DNA of 64,000 nt from Mobula hypostoma (Eukaryota), in contig NC_086108.1 in assembly GCF_963921235.1 (NCBI RefSeq), positions 71,550,001 to 71,614,000 of the forward strand, in the 5' to 3' direction. Both the position numbers and the translations under genes were made by a program. The notes under the pieces were generated by a model. It ran no database searches, had not been told where the DNA came from, and worked only from the letters and a program-made list of their open reading frames with translations. Shown here piece by piece: positions 24,849 to 38,403 of the stretch (the stretch's first letter is position 1; every line of letters starts with the position of its first letter).

Positions 24849-25519
24849 TTGCCAAGGTCAATAGATGCAAGGATAGCATTTGAAAATGGTGCTTGTGGAA
24901 GGGCGGTAAGGAAGGGATGGACTGCCTGACTGTGGTTAAAAATACTTTTTCATTCAACACAATTGCTTCTTCTCAATGGCAGATTTGATTTCTGATGTAG
25001 GCATTATCAACAGAGTAATGATGTCTGAGCATTCTGATAATGCTGTGAACCAGAAGAGCAATTGTTTCTTTTTCCAGTAAGACATGGGGCACAAAAAAAA
25101 ATAGGAGCAGGAGTAGCCACATGGTCCTTCAAGCCTGCTCTGCCATTAAATCAATTTATGCTGACTTCAGCTCCATGTTCCTTCCTGATCCCCACAACAT
25201 TGCTTCTCCTATAGGCCCCAAACCTATCTATCCACAGCATTCAAGGATTCACATGTCTCTGGGTGAGAGAACTGTGGTCTTCTGGCTGAGGTTCCAGGCA
25301 TTTCCTCTCATAGTACTCCGGTCAGCCTCTAATGCCACTCCTCATGGGGAGTCAAGACGTATTGCAGTCTTCAGGTGGAAAAAAACATCAGAAAGTGAAG
25401 ATAACTAATAAAACATAAAGTCTGCATTCATTTCAAAATCTCAGGAAAAGCCCAGGTACTTTACAGTTAAATACACTACATATATAATTCAATATGTGAT
25501 CAACATGCATGGTGTAATC

Positions 25520-26600
25520 ATTATTGAATGTACTGAGGTACAGTGAAAATCCTGTCTTGCATACTGTTTGTTGTGGTGTGAATGAAATCACCAGAGAGAG
25601 AAAGTTACTGGTAGATACAAAGCAGCTTCTTTATTCGACAAAACAAGGTTCAGCAGGCATCATACGGACGGAGAGGCTTTTGATGGAAAGGTCTGCTAGC
25701 CCAATGCGGGGTCGATATTTATTTGCTAAACACAAAGGACAATTCCATATCTACAAATTATAGACAATGCTTTCGTTTGAAGCTAAATACAAAACTTAAC
25801 ACCTGATTACACTCATCCGACAGACACCAGAAGGTCTGGGCTGGTATTCACAGTTTTTAGGAAATGCATTGTTACAAATGGACTCGGATTCTGATATTCA
25901 CAGCTTTTAGGAAATGCATTGTTGCAGAAGGATGGTGGCCAAAGCCATTTGCTAAGTGTGAATGACCTAAACCCAAAAATTACTCTAACACTGTTCATAC
26001 AGAATGTTGAGGTAATACAACGAAAAAAGTGTAGAATAACGTGTTTCAGTTACAGAGAGAGTGCAGTTCAAGTAGACAATAATGTACAAGGTTATAACGA
26101 GATAGACTGAGATCAAGAGTCCGTCTTGTCGTACCAGGGTATCGTTCTATAGTTCTACAACAGCGGAATAGAAGCTGTTTGTGAGCCTGGTGTGATGTGC
26201 TCCCCAATGGAAAAGGGGAGAAGAGAAAATGTCAAGGGTTGTTGGGCCTTTGATCATGTTGGCTTCTTTACTGAGATAGCAAAAACAGTAGATAAACTCG
26301 AAGGAAGGGAGACCTTTTTTGTGATGGATTGAGATGATTCCATGAACCTTTTCAATTTCTTGCAGTCTTGAGCAGGGCATTTGCCATACTAATCTGTGGT
26401 GCATCGGGATAGGATATTTTCTACAGCACATTGATAAAAATTGGTGAGATACAAAGGCAACATGCAAAATTTTTATAGCCGCCTGAGGAAGTAGAGGTGC
26501 TGGTGAGCTTTCTTGGCCGTGACATTAGCATGGTTGGACTGGGACAGACAACTGGTGATGTTTACTCCTGGAAACATGAAGCTCTCTATCATCATCTGTA
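25520..26600 (-). mobile_element. Decayed Rex1/Babar 3' fragment split by a solo LTR
   Basis: RLTNSFYSAV-type C-terminal motif; AKKAHQHLYFLRRL readable at ~26480-26520 on the minus strand. Confidence 0.65.
25569..25990 (-). mobile_element. Solo LTR, 422 bp
   Basis: TGTT...AACA termini; perfect 5-bp TSD CTGTT (25564-25568, 25991-25995); AATAAA on the minus strand ~25630; internal ~29-bp direct repeat. Confidence 0.85.
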
Positions 26601-27689
26601 CTCCGAGTCTTTGATGTTTGGAATACAGCCTACGATAGTGGTTTCATCTGGAAACGTGTAGATGGAGATAATGTAGAATCTGGCCATGCACTCCTGAGAG
26701 TACAGAGGTCTGATGATGCTGCATTATGGGGCATGAGTGTTATGCATGATCATGATGACAGTGTTGCTGTTTATCCTTACTGATGGCAGTGTGTTGGTCA
26801 AGGAGTCAAGTTGCAAGGGGAGGGTCTAGGAGTTTGGAGATGAACTTGCTTGATGTTATAGTACTGATTCTATAACTCCAGTATAATTCAGTATTCTAGT
26901 ATAATTCTTCAGTTTAGCTAACCCCCTGCTGGATGTTGAGAACCTGATTGCTTGCCAGCATCTGGCCTTGGTTTCATATGGCACTATGGAGCTAGTTGTA
27001 AGGAGGGACAGTTCAATTGTACTTAAAATTGAATGCCTCATATGAACGATGGGACTTGTGAGAGTGCAGCACACATATAGTACGGGGCTATAGTGAGGGT
27101 CCAGATATTATATTCCGGTCATTTCCTATCACTTAAGCAATGGTTAACAACCTTACTGAAGATCATAACTACATTATTCAAGTCATAATTCTTAAATTAA
27201 TAAATTCTAATGTCTACATTTATTATGGTAAACTTCTTTTATAAATTCAACAGGCTATAAATGCAGCTCCTCATTCCCCAGAAGCTAGTTTCTCATCCAC
27301 TTCTGGGGATAACAAACTACCATGAAATAATGGATCCATATTTCTTTTTAAACAAAACTTATGGCATTTTTAAGCTGCATCCAAGGAATGATGACCTAGT
27401 ATATTTAGACAGTCACTTATTTAGATTGATGGAATATAAAGAACAAAATCCACTCAGAACCGTATTATTATTCAATCAGCATGAATAAAATGTTGGAGAC
27501 AATGCTGGGATTCGGCCATAGACGGTTCTGCAGCCTGCTTGAAATTTGAGAAGTAATGCAAATGTCGGAGCCCTGAAGGCTGCAAACGAGGAGAGGCATC
27601 AGATTCTTCAGTAATTTTACTTACTGACAAACTCATCCCGGAGCCAGAGATAGTTCAGCATGATACTGGGATCAGGCTCAAGTTTTCCT

Positions 27690-28060
27690 GAGGGGAGATT
27701 TGACAGGGGCATACAAAATGATGAGGGGTATAGATAGGGTTAATGCAAACGAGCTATTTCCGTTGAGGTTGGGTGAGACCAGAACTAGAGGTCATGGGCT
27801 AAAGGTAAAAGGTGAAATGTTTATGGGGAACATGAGGGAGAACATCTTCACTCAGATGGTGGTAAGTCTGTGGAACAAGCTCTCAACAGAAGTGGTGGCA
27901 GGTACGATTACAATATGAAAGAGAAATTTGAATAAGTATATGGAGGGGTGGGGTATGGACAGCCTCTAGTCTGGGTCTGTGACTGGGCAGAATAATAGTT
28001 TAACATGGACTAGATGGGTCGAAGGGCGGGTTTCTCTACCATAGTATTCCATGACTCCAT
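27690..28060 (+). mobile_element. CR1/HER1 3' fragment
   Basis: ORF 27700-27918 YKMMRGIDRVNA..TRGHGLKVKGE..FTQMVVSLWNKL. Confidence 0.85.
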
Positions 28061-28599
28061 TGACCAGGGTTGTAATCAGGCATGTTGCGGACCTCGGACG
28101 TTAGCTCAGTTTTCCTTTTCACAGATGCTGCCTGACCTGTTGAATGTTTCCAAGATTCAAGATTCAAGTTTATTTATCAGCTGCACATCAAAGCATACAG
28201 TGAAATGCGTCATTTGCATCAACAACCAACACATCTGAGGGTGGGATGCGGTCAGCCTGCTTGTATTGCCAAGGCATTCCGGTGCCAGGATAATGTGCCC
28301 ACGATATCAGGCAGAACAAGGCAAAACAGAACAAGCAACAAAACAACAACAGCAAATCTCCCTCCCGTTCTTGCTTATACACCGTTCCCGAACATTAAAA
28401 CAGGCCATCATCTTTGGCTCCAACCTTGAGAGTACTCAGAGTCTGACCCAGACACTCAGACATTGGGCCTTCAACTATCCTAGTGCACTTGCAAAGATTC
28501 AGCCCTGGCAGGTTTGTTGGTCATTATATTGTTGTTGAAATCTCATCTTTAGATATTTCTGGTGTTCCTATATTTACGAATTAGAAGAATATGATACCA

Positions 28600-29160
28600 C
28601 CAAGCAGAATCAACTTGGTTTTATGAACGGGAAATCTTGTTTGATAGGTTTGAAGATTCTGATGAAGTTTGAGGATGTAACAAGTAAAGTGAATAAAGGT
28701 GAACAAATGGATGTATTGTTCAGTATCTGGATTTCTGGAAGACATTCAATCCAGAAGGCATTCAATGCACAAAAGATTCTGAAGTGAGGGAAACATATTG
28801 GCATGGATTTAGGATGGGCTGTGGGAAAATAGAGAGTTGTGATAAATGGTTCACTTCTGATTAGCAAACTGTAACTATCATTGCCAGTGTCTAAGATAAA
28901 GGAATCAAGTGGGTTTTGGCCAGATTTGCTGATAATACAAAGAAAAACGAGAAAGGAAATACCGACGAGGAATCTGTAAAGGGTTAATCGTAGGATAAGT
29001 GAAAGGGCAGATGCTTATCATGCGGTGGAGTGAGAGGTTATCATATTGGTAGAAAGAATATAAAAACAGAAAATGACTAATGCCGAGCAAGACTGCAGAA
29101 GGCAGCAGTACAGGGTGATCTGGATGTCCTTATCTGTAAAACTCAAGGAGATGCAGAAAC
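28600..29160 (+). mobile_element. Heavily decayed CR1 RT fragment
   Basis: Remnants of GF..GKSCL, FQKAF and FADNTK motifs. Confidence 0.6.
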
Positions 29161-30569
29161 ACAAGCAACAGAGCCTGGACTATACAACCCCAAAACTGCA
29201 TATCCACCAGTGTACAGCTAATACTGAGCGACCCAGGCTACACACCTAACATTGCCCATCTACTGTTGTATGTATGATACCATACAGCCAAAACTGAACG
29301 TCCAATACTTCACGTCAAAAAAGCAGGCTCTGCCGTCCAACCATTCTGTATTTCCCACGTTAAATATACAATACAAAGCAGCCTATTGCTAAACAGGCTA
29401 CACAGCACAGACTGCGCTGTTGTGCAATCCAGCAAAGAACGACATATACTGCACAGTCTACACTGCACAGATTACACTGTTGCACAAGCCATAGTTCAGA
29501 GATGACACTGAGCACCGAGAGCTGTGCACCCAACACCACACAGAACGTGCTGCAAATCCGGGATTCACAACCTACACTAAACATCCAGACATTATAAATC
29601 TGACACTGCACTGCCGACACCGCACGTGTGTTACTCCCGAGGCAATGTGACACAGCCAAACTTCAAAGCAATACCTTGGTCAAGCTCAAAACCTCTGAAA
29701 AAATAGCAAAAGGGAATTTGTTAATGGCAAAATAGAAGGAGATTTTTTGCAATCTTTGAAGGAGAGCCCAATAATGTTTGTTTAGCAATGTAACCTTCTC
29801 ACTCATCTTTTGAGAATAGGAGAACGTGATAGAAAATGTGACAGGGCACCGTCAGTGAGGGTGGCAGCCAGTTTAATTATCAAGCAGATAACAACCTGGA
29901 AGCTGTCTGACCTGCTGAGTTCCTCTATTTTTCTGTGTGTTACAAAAAACTTGGGGGGGGGGGGTTCCACCTGAATTGACAAGTTAAATACAAGGATTTT
30001 CTTTCCCTTTATTTTACTTAATGATAAATTCATTATAATTCTTGAAATGAATTTATCTCAGTTAAACATGGATCCTTCCACCTTGTAAGATGGTGTTGTT
30101 GGTGAGAACTGGCTGCTGATGTAAACTATGTAGTTGTAAAAGGTCAGTGCAGCTGTAGAGAGCAGGATGCAAGGGGTCGAAGCAATGGACCATTATTATC
30201 AGCATTCGGTGGTAATCACACAATGCTGTGTGATAGTGATACTCTCATTTTATTTTCAATCAAAGAATAATATGGTGAAGTCAACCTCAGTTCTGTAGAG
30301 AGTAATGTAAATCATTGCGACAGCACACTCTGAACCCCAGGCACTGTCAGGAGGAGTTGCCACGGTGAGATTCACTACCATGGAATGTGGCTGTCTTAAA
30401 TTGGGTGGAGGCCTCTAGGGAAGATACTGCTCATCTTAAGTTTACTTTTAAGAAAATTACATTGACTTGACATGTTAATAGTTCCAGAGAATGAAGGATG
30501 TCAAAGAAATTCAATAGCATGCAGTATATGGGAAATAAGAGAATGCTGAGCTGTTATTGTAATAGAAGA

Positions 30570-31331
30570 TTTTCAAAGGTACATTTAATGTCGGAGAAAT
30601 GTATACAATATACATCCTGAAATATCTTTTCCTCACAATCATCCACAAAAACAGAGGAGTGTCCCCAAAGAATGAATGACAGGTAAACGTAAATGTTAGA
30701 ACCCCAAAGCCCCCCCCCCACCACGTGTAAGCAGCAGCAAAACAACGATCCCCCCACCCCCCCACCAGCAAAAAAAGCGTTAGCGCCCCCCGCACCAAAC
30801 ACTCAAGCATGCAGCAAAGCAACAGCAAAGACACAGACCTGCAGTACCCCAAAAACTACTTGTTCACCCGGTATTTGACATATCACAGACTCTCTCTCTC
30901 CCTAAGATGGGAGAAAGAGATGTCTCCGTTTCACAGTGAGAGGAGAGACATAACAAACAACTCTGATTTACAATGTTAAAAGTCTGTTGTGTCGTTTTTT
31001 CCAAGCTCTGTGCCCGAAGATCTCGGGTCTCTGGGCACACAGCCAGAGATCTTCCGTCTCCAATGACACACTGACTTCCTGCTGGGATACCGACCTTCAG
31101 TCCGCTGTCTCCAGAGTCACGAGATCCTGGAACTCTGAAGGTGAGCTAATCTCTTAGACCACATCCTTGGCATGTCAAATAACGGCCAGTCATGAAACCC
31201 CACAAACTGGTCCCATTCCTGCAAAGAACTGAAGTCAGCATGTAACTCCAGATCAGAGTCTTCAAAAGAACCCTAAAAGGGAAAAACAGAGATATTAAAG
31301 ATGGAAATAGAGCTGTTTCCAAAGACGCAAG
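30570..31331 (-). mobile_element. Non-autonomous SINE-like element with a Rex1-type tail
   Basis: Minus strand ends ...gacattaaatgtacctttgaaa. Non-coding, with composition distinct from the flanks. Confidence 0.5.
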
Positions 31332-31939
31332 CTATTTTGTCACTATGTTTGTCTTATACACTTCTTTTTTAAGTGCACAATCTTCCATAATAGTTCTGAA
31401 GATCTCTGGTATCATTGGTGTGGCAGTGAAGAAAGCAGCAATTGTGTATATTATCTGTATTATTATATATGGTACAAGTACCAAATCATCGCATTTCTCT
31501 GATTTTGTGTGGTTGTGTTCATTGATTATTGGAAGAGGGATTTGCAACAGCGTTATAAGACTCATTGGTGTTTCACAGAATAGGCTGAGAGTGGGAAATC
31601 TGCTCCGTCATGTGGAGGCCTAGTGTGATATCCCATTGCTTTAATGAGGAAATTATGCCACAATATTTGCAATCATGGTTCTGATTCTCATCTAGTTGTA
31701 ACCTAAATGAAGACCGTGTTGAGTGAGTACACCTGCTGTGCCTCCCGCCTCAGATGGATGGAATCATTGATGGTTCTTGGCCTAATTAACGCGGTCTTTA
31801 TTTTCTTTTGTTGCTTTTTTACCTATTTATGGTCAATCTTTTATCCTCTGCATTACTTTCTTTAACTAAAAATGAGTCAAAAATTAGTATTCTTGGATGC
31901 TTTGAGGTCTTTAGATGAACCACATAGAGTGCTGAAGGG

Positions 31940-32800
31940 AGTCATCACAGAGGCCAACCACTCATCAAGTTCGCTGATGACACAACAGAGGTGGTAGAGT
32001 GGCTTGTAGAATGATGCGAGCACAACAAGTTGAGTCTCAATGTGGACAAGACTAAAGAGAAGATTGTGAATTTTAAGAAGGTGCAGGCTGAGCACTTCTT
32101 CCTGCACTTAAACGGCTCTTCCGTGGAGTTTCTGGGGGTACATATAATGGATGATTTCATCTGGTCCCTCAACACCACCTCTTGAGACAAGAAAGCACAG
32201 GAGTGTCTCCACTTCCTGAGAAGACTGAGGCAAGTGAGGCTTCCCCCCCCAACCATCTTCTACAGAAACACCATCAACTGTGTTCAGACCAATGCATCTC
32301 CATCTGATACGGTAATTGCAAGGCATCTGACTGCAAAGGATTGTGAGGTCTGCTGAGAGGATCATTGGGGTCTCTCTTCCACTTATCTGAGATATTTATC
32401 AGGAATGCTGCACATGCAGGGCCCTTAGCATTGTCAAGGATCTCTCCCATCCATCCCACAATCTCCTACTTTCAGGCAGGAGGAACTGTAGCATAGGACA
32501 AGGAAGTTAGTAGGGGAAGCAGCTCCTTCTCTCAAGCTAGTTGCACAAAGGCATGTTGTTTTGTTTAGCGGTATACATAGCAATGCTGGTGCCAAACTGT
32601 ATTGGTCTCTGCTGTTCCTTTGGGCTCATTGGATGTGTGGACAGGGGCAGTTTTCTAAATGGGCATCAACTTGCCCTCCATATTATACTGCCCTGGCTTG
32701 CATATCTAGACAGCTGGGATGCAACCTTCATGTTCGGCCCTGACTGACGGAGTTCTCACTTATACATGTATATGGCAGACTGATAGTAAATTCAAACTTG
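31940..32800 (+). mobile_element. Decayed Rex1/Babar 3' fragment
   Basis: LSLNVDKTKEKIVNF..KKAQECLHFLRRL motifs. Confidence 0.75.
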
Positions 32801-33523
32801 ATGGTGATGGTGAATAATACTGAGTGTACTATCACCATTTGGAATCTATGTTTATCAATCCATTTTACAGATAGTTAGACAAACTGGAACAGACCTGCCT
32901 CCAGTTCAGAAGGGTGATGCCAAGTAGTTGGAAATACAGTTAAAGGACTTCTGTTATATCAGATAGACTGCTATAGTGATATACGATTTCAAAATGGCAT
33001 CACCCTTCCTTTACCCTGAAACCTATCAGGGCTCTACAACCCTCTGAAAGGGTTGCTGTTTTAATTCTTGCAGTTTGCTTACGCCCTATTTTAAATGCCC
33101 TGTTCTCAGCTGAAGAAGTCGTAAATGCTGGAATTTAATCCTCTGTCATTCTTCATTTAAGACCCACCTTAAACTCACATCCTGACTAAAGTTTTGGTTA
33201 AGATTAAAGTATTACATGATGTGTCTCGGTATCCATTTCTGCTAGATGATATTTCTATGAAGCAAGTGTGAAGTGAAGTAAGGTGGAAGAGAGATCACAT
33301 GTAGCGCAAGCACACTCGTTAATTCAGACCAGTATCCCAGCCTTTACAATGCAGCTTCCTGTCTAGAAGCAGAAAATGGAACATTGTCCTTCTTATATAA
33401 CATCATACTGGCATTCCCTTTAACACAACTGAGTTTAAATCTTCAACCTCTAAAACGTGACTCAGAATCATAAAGGAAGAACAAGCAAGTAGTTCTGAAG
33501 TTGGAGAAAATTACTGAGAGAAA

Positions 33524-34066
33524 TTGAATTCAATTGACTTTATTTCCTAAATCCTTCACATACACGAGGAATAAAAATCTTTACATGATGTCTCCATCTA
33601 AATGTTCAATGTGCAATTTATATTAATTTGTAATAAATAGTATGTACAACAGGACAGTCAGTATTACATAGAAATACAATTGTATCAGCATGAATTAAGC
33701 AGTCTAATGGCCTGGTGGAAGAAGCTGTCCTGGAGTCTGTGGGTCCAGGCTTTTATGCTGCATTACCATTTCCAGGATGGTAGCAGATGGAACAGTTTGT
33801 GGTTGGGGTGACTTTGGTCCCCAATGATCCTTTGGGCCCTTTTTACGCATCTGTCTCCGTAAATGTCCTGAATAGTGGGAAATTCACATCTACAGAGGTA
33901 CTGGGCTGTCCGCACCACTCTCTGCAGAGTCCTGCAATTGAGGGAAGTACAGTTCCCATACCAGCCAGTGATGCATCCAGTCAGGATGCTCTCAATTGTG
34001 CCCCTGTAGAAAGTCCTTAGGATTTGGGGAAATATGCCAAACTTCTTCAACCTTCTGAGGTGAAAG
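33524..34066 (-). mobile_element. Rex1/Babar 3' fragment
   Basis: ORF 33763-34074 FHLRRLKKFG..FYRGTIESILTGCITGWYGNC..LQRVVRTAQ; aataaagtcaattgaattcaa tail. Confidence 0.9.
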
Positions 34067-36124
34067 AACCTCATAAAGCAAAGTTGTCAATTATATAAGC
34101 AATGTTTGAATGCTTGCTTGAAGCTGTAAGAATCTCAAGATTTGAGTGACTGTATACTCTACACTGGAAGTATCCTCTCCATCTTCACATATTCTTTTTA
34201 TTCATAATAATTGAGGTTGAATTTAAAAGCAAAACAATATTACTTAAACCTTGTTGCACTACTCATAGCAGGTAGATATTTGTATGTGGACATCATGCAA
34301 GCTGGTCCAGTTGTGATTACCTTTTCTGTTCTATTCTGGTGTTACGTTCAAATGCTAACCATTCATTTTTGGCACTGAAATGTTAGGAATGCATGCCAGA
34401 TCTGTCTTTAAGACATCTGGATCCTATCTAAGGAGCAATTACAATTATTAGTCTTTCAGGATATGAGCAACGAACGTCAATCATTTCATTATTAAATAAT
34501 AAACAAATGTGGACTGACTTCTCTGCATCATGATAGCCTTTTTGCTATTTTAAGCATGGTTGAAGAACAATATTTTAAATATTTTTCAGATACTGAGCTG
34601 ATGTGAGTGTCACCAACAATAAGACATTTCAAGAAGAGCTTTCACAAAACGTTATTCATAAGTTGCTCTAGATTTCAAAGCATATATGTAATTTATGACT
34701 TTTAATTTTTCATACTTGGAACTTTCTGTCAGGGTGATAATTTATCTAAAATTCTGCACAATGTTAAGGGCAAAAGAAAGTGGAATATGTCCATGACTGA
34801 TTTTGTATTTCACTTATCAGTCAGTAATGTTGCACTAGTAAGGGCTGAACATATTTTACCGAGGTAAGGAGGAGCCAGATACATTGACCCAGACGGGCTG
34901 AGCCGAAAGTTTAATGGATCAGTCTGAGCCCAAGGCATATGCAGCTTCCTTTAGCAGGCTGAGGTGTGTCAGCTGCAAACGATATAAAACATTCCTCTGC
35001 ACACATGCCTGTCCATGGTTAGCCTGCCACTATTATTTTTAAATAAACCGTTCTTGCCAGTTGTGATTACATGCTTTTTTGACACTACTCCTTGCCAAAC
35101 CTGCTGATCTGCCCTGTTCCTTCTCTCATCAAGAGAAAGCCATTCTCCTCTGTCCACTGCCAAAGTCCCATGACCTCCTCGGTCTCCTTTATTTTGATTT
35201 TCCCCTCAGCCCGCTCTGTTTCAGTGACTGTGATCTTGACCAGAGTCCACTTCTTACAGACATTGTATGTTAGAAATTACTGCTGGCAAACACAATGAGC
35301 AATGTTTCATCATAATATTATAATATCCCTGTCATATTATTGAAGCAATTATCCTATCTGAGGTTTAAAAACACACCTGCTACCAAAGCATTTGGTTTTC
35401 TCCCCATTATTGGAATTGTTGAAAAGTTTATATGCTACACACACTTCAAGAACTTGAGCAAAGGATGGTTTGGTGCCTCATGCAGGATTTCTGTTTACAT
35501 CCTTTACACTGGATCACTTTCATTCATCTGTGTTTCTCATCATCTTTGCACAGGTACCAAGTAAGCCCCACCCTCAAAGACAACTTCAATAACTCTCTCC
35601 AGCTTCAACACACTTTTGGACTAGGCACGTTGCATTAAATACAGGGAATAAATAAAAATCAGGTAATGATTTGATTAATGCTATTTGCCATTATCTGGAC
35701 TCACAGAGTGGGAATTGTGTTGAAGTGATTAAGTTATGGGCTAGTAATGTGAAGGCCTATAATGGTGATTTCAACTACAACTATGAATTGGGGATGGGCT
35801 TCATGTGATGGCCTTTCTGATAATGTCTAGTCATGAATATAAAACATTACAGCACAGTACATGCCCTCCAGCCTACAATATTCTGCTGATCATGCTGAAC
35901 TGAAAAATTTAGCTTGCATCTTAAGCTCTTTTGCCATTTCATGTCTCCCTCCAATTGTTCTGTCATTGATCACACATTGTGTTCACTCCTCCCCTCTGCA
36001 TGTTCTCTGCACATTATTGTCACAGAGTCATAAAGTACAGAAACAGGCCCTTCGGTCCATTTTGTCTGTGCTGAGCAAGTTACCTACTCCCATTTGCTTA
36101 CATTTGCCTCACATCCCTCTGAAC

Positions 36125-36203
36125 CAGGGGACCCAACATGAGGTCCACTGACTCCTTGCTTAATGGTGTTGGTCCATGGCATGAAAAAGGTTGGGAACCC
36201 CTG
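36125..36203. mobile_element. 79-bp hAT (Charlie-type) MITE
   Basis: TIRs CAGGGGACCCAAC / GTTGGGAACCCCTG; imperfect 8-bp TSD CTCTGAAC / CTCTAAC. Confidence 0.8.
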
Positions 36204-36249
36204 CTCTAACACTTTTCTATCCATGAGTAAATGTCTTTTAAACCTTGTG

Positions 36250-37872
36250 CAGGTTTCCCCCGCCATCCGAAGGTAGAGCATTCCTATGAAACGGTTCGTA
36301 AGCTGGAATGTCGTAAAGCAAAGAAGCAATTACCATATATTTATATGGGAAAATTTTGTGAGCGTTCGCAGACCCAAAAATAACCTACCAAATCATGCCA
36401 AATAACACATAAAACCTAAAGTAACAGTAATATATAGTAAAAGCAGGAATGATGTGATAAATACACAGCCTATATAAAGTAGAAATACTCCTCTTCAACG
36501 ACTGTCTGCACAGATCTCCGTAGCGAAAATCTCACACAAGCGCTTTCGGCAGAAAATCTCACGCAAGCACTGTTGGGATAAACGCGCTCTCCAGTAACCT
36601 TTAAACTATGAAGCTGCCAAATCTACCAAATAACACGTAAAAATACACAGCCTATATAAAGTAGAAATAATGTATGTACAGTGTAGTATCACTTACCCGG
36701 AATTGGGAAAACAGCGCCGAGCACACTGATGATGGTGTTTTAGACTGAGTCGTCGCAGGTTGGGGTGGTGCACTGGCCCCCACCCTCCGGGCCGCCGACC
36801 CGATACATTGCCGCGAAGAACGCAGCGGTAGCCGGGAGGCACACAGCACATCTTTAAGAAAAAAGCCGAAATAAACATGCTAATTAATTAGGTGCTGCCC
36901 GGCACGTAAATGTCGGCCCAGATCAGTGCCGATTGTCGATTGCATCGCCTCTGATCTGGGATGACATTTATGTGCTAGGCGGCACCTAATTAATTAGCAT
37001 GTTTATTTCGGCTTTTTTCTTAAAGATGTGCTGTGTGCCTCCCAGCTACCGTTGCATTCTCCGCGAATCAGTACAGTATCTGTCCGGGGCCCAGGTGTTG
37101 GGGTGGTGGGACACGGGGGTGTCATCTCATCATTGATCAGGGCAGCCAGCTCATCTTCTCCTATGACTGCCCGCCTCGATGTCAAAGGTCGAGGTTCATC
37201 ATCTGCTGTGGCTGATATGGAAGGCTTGCTTGACTGCTGAGCCTCGTGCATTTTTCTATCACACAGTTCTTTGTAAGCACTCAAACCATCCTGCAAATAT
37301 CCCCTAAACCTATGTACCTTTTCAAAATTAAAGTCGTACTTTATCATTGCAGTGAAAATCTCATACAGTTGCTTCACTTTCACTACTGCATTTGGTTTCG
37401 ATTGTTATCCTTTCCTCTTCCAATTGCACCAGCTCTTCATCTATCAGATCTTGGTCATGGGATGCCAAAACCTCTTCAACATCATCTTCGTCAGCTTCCA
37501 CAAGCCAAACTCACTTTTTCCTTGCTTCGTTCACCACGATCGAAATGCTTAATTATGTCTAGTTTTACGCTAAGTGTAACACCCTTACAAGCTCTTTCAG
37601 GCTTTTTCGACACCATAGAACTCATCTTGCAAACAGCTGCTCACACGCCGTGTTAAAGCAATGCCATTCCGAATCTGGGGGAGAGCGGCTGCTCGGGGCG
37701 CGCACTGCCTTTTATCGTGCGCTGCCTTTTATCGCGCGCTGCCTTTTATCGCGCACTGCCTTTCTTCGTAACAGTGAAAACACCTTCTGAAAGCAAAAAC
37801 AGGGTACTAATGTAGGTCTTTCGTAACAGTGAGATTTCGTAAAGCGAACGTTCAAAAAGTGGGGGACACCTG
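36250..37872 (-). mobile_element. Internally deleted Tigger/pogo DNA transposon
   Basis: TIRs CAGGTTTCCCCC / GGGGGACACCTG; TA at 37873-37874 (TG on the left). Minus strand from 37625 reads MSSMVSKKPERACKGVTLSVKLDIIKHFDRGERSK (HTH-psq-like), joined directly to a Tigger-like C-terminus (ORF 37003-37383). DDE domain absent. Confidence 0.85.
36808..37068. repeat. Long imperfect palindrome (~120-bp arms) inside the Tigger element
   Basis: gcacatctttaagaaaaaagccgaaataaacatgctaattaattaggtgc is mirrored by gcacctaattaattagcatgtttatttcggcttttttcttaaagatgtgc; spacer ~20 nt near 36930-36948. Confidence 0.95.
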
Positions 37873-38403
37873 TAATTGTATCTGCATCCACTACTTGTTC
37901 TGTCAGCTCATTCCATATACCCACCATCCTACATGTGGAAAGATTGCCCTTCAAGTTCCCTTTCAAAGTTTCTCCTCTCGTAATTAATGTATGGCTTCTG
38001 AGTTTTAGATTTTGCTTCCCTGGGGTAAAAGACTATGATAATTCACCTTACTTATGCTCCTCGTGATTTTATACACTTCTGTAAGGTCACCCCTCTTCCT
38101 TCTCAGCCTTCTATGCTTCAAGGAATAGATATTCTCTCCTTATAACTGAAATCCTCCAGTTCCAGAAGAGAAGAACAATTTCTATTTTCTCATAAGTAAC
38201 TTTCCAAAACTGTTAGGGAGCCAAGAACCTAATGAAGGTGAGGAAGGAAAGGTAATTATTATGAGTAAGAAAATAGTGCAGAGGAAATTATTTAGAAGGA
38301 AAGCTGATAAATCTTCAGGCACTGATAATTTGTATTCCAGACTATTAAAGGAAGTAGCTGTGGAAATTGTGGATATATTGGTTATTGTTTTCCAGAATTT
38401 TTT

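Larger units (their letters stand above)
19958..24850 (-). mobile_element. Near full-length decayed CR1 LINE (5' UTR, ORF1 esterase, ORF2 endonuclease-RT, 3' UTR)
   Basis: ORF1-like LLRDRVKETELQL.. and SGNH-like EVVVHTGTNGMG..LKNRTSRVVISG; endonuclease GISEWWL..IQGYTLYQKDR; RT SQHGFLKGKSCLTNLLEFFE..KAFGKVP; 3' UTR near 19960. Confidence 0.92.
36025..38165 (-). mobile_element. CR1/HER1 3' fragment hosting a MITE and a Tigger element
   Basis: HER1 3' UTR at 36025-36249 resumes at 37873 (MKGNLKGN..RMVGIWNEL). Confidence 0.8.
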
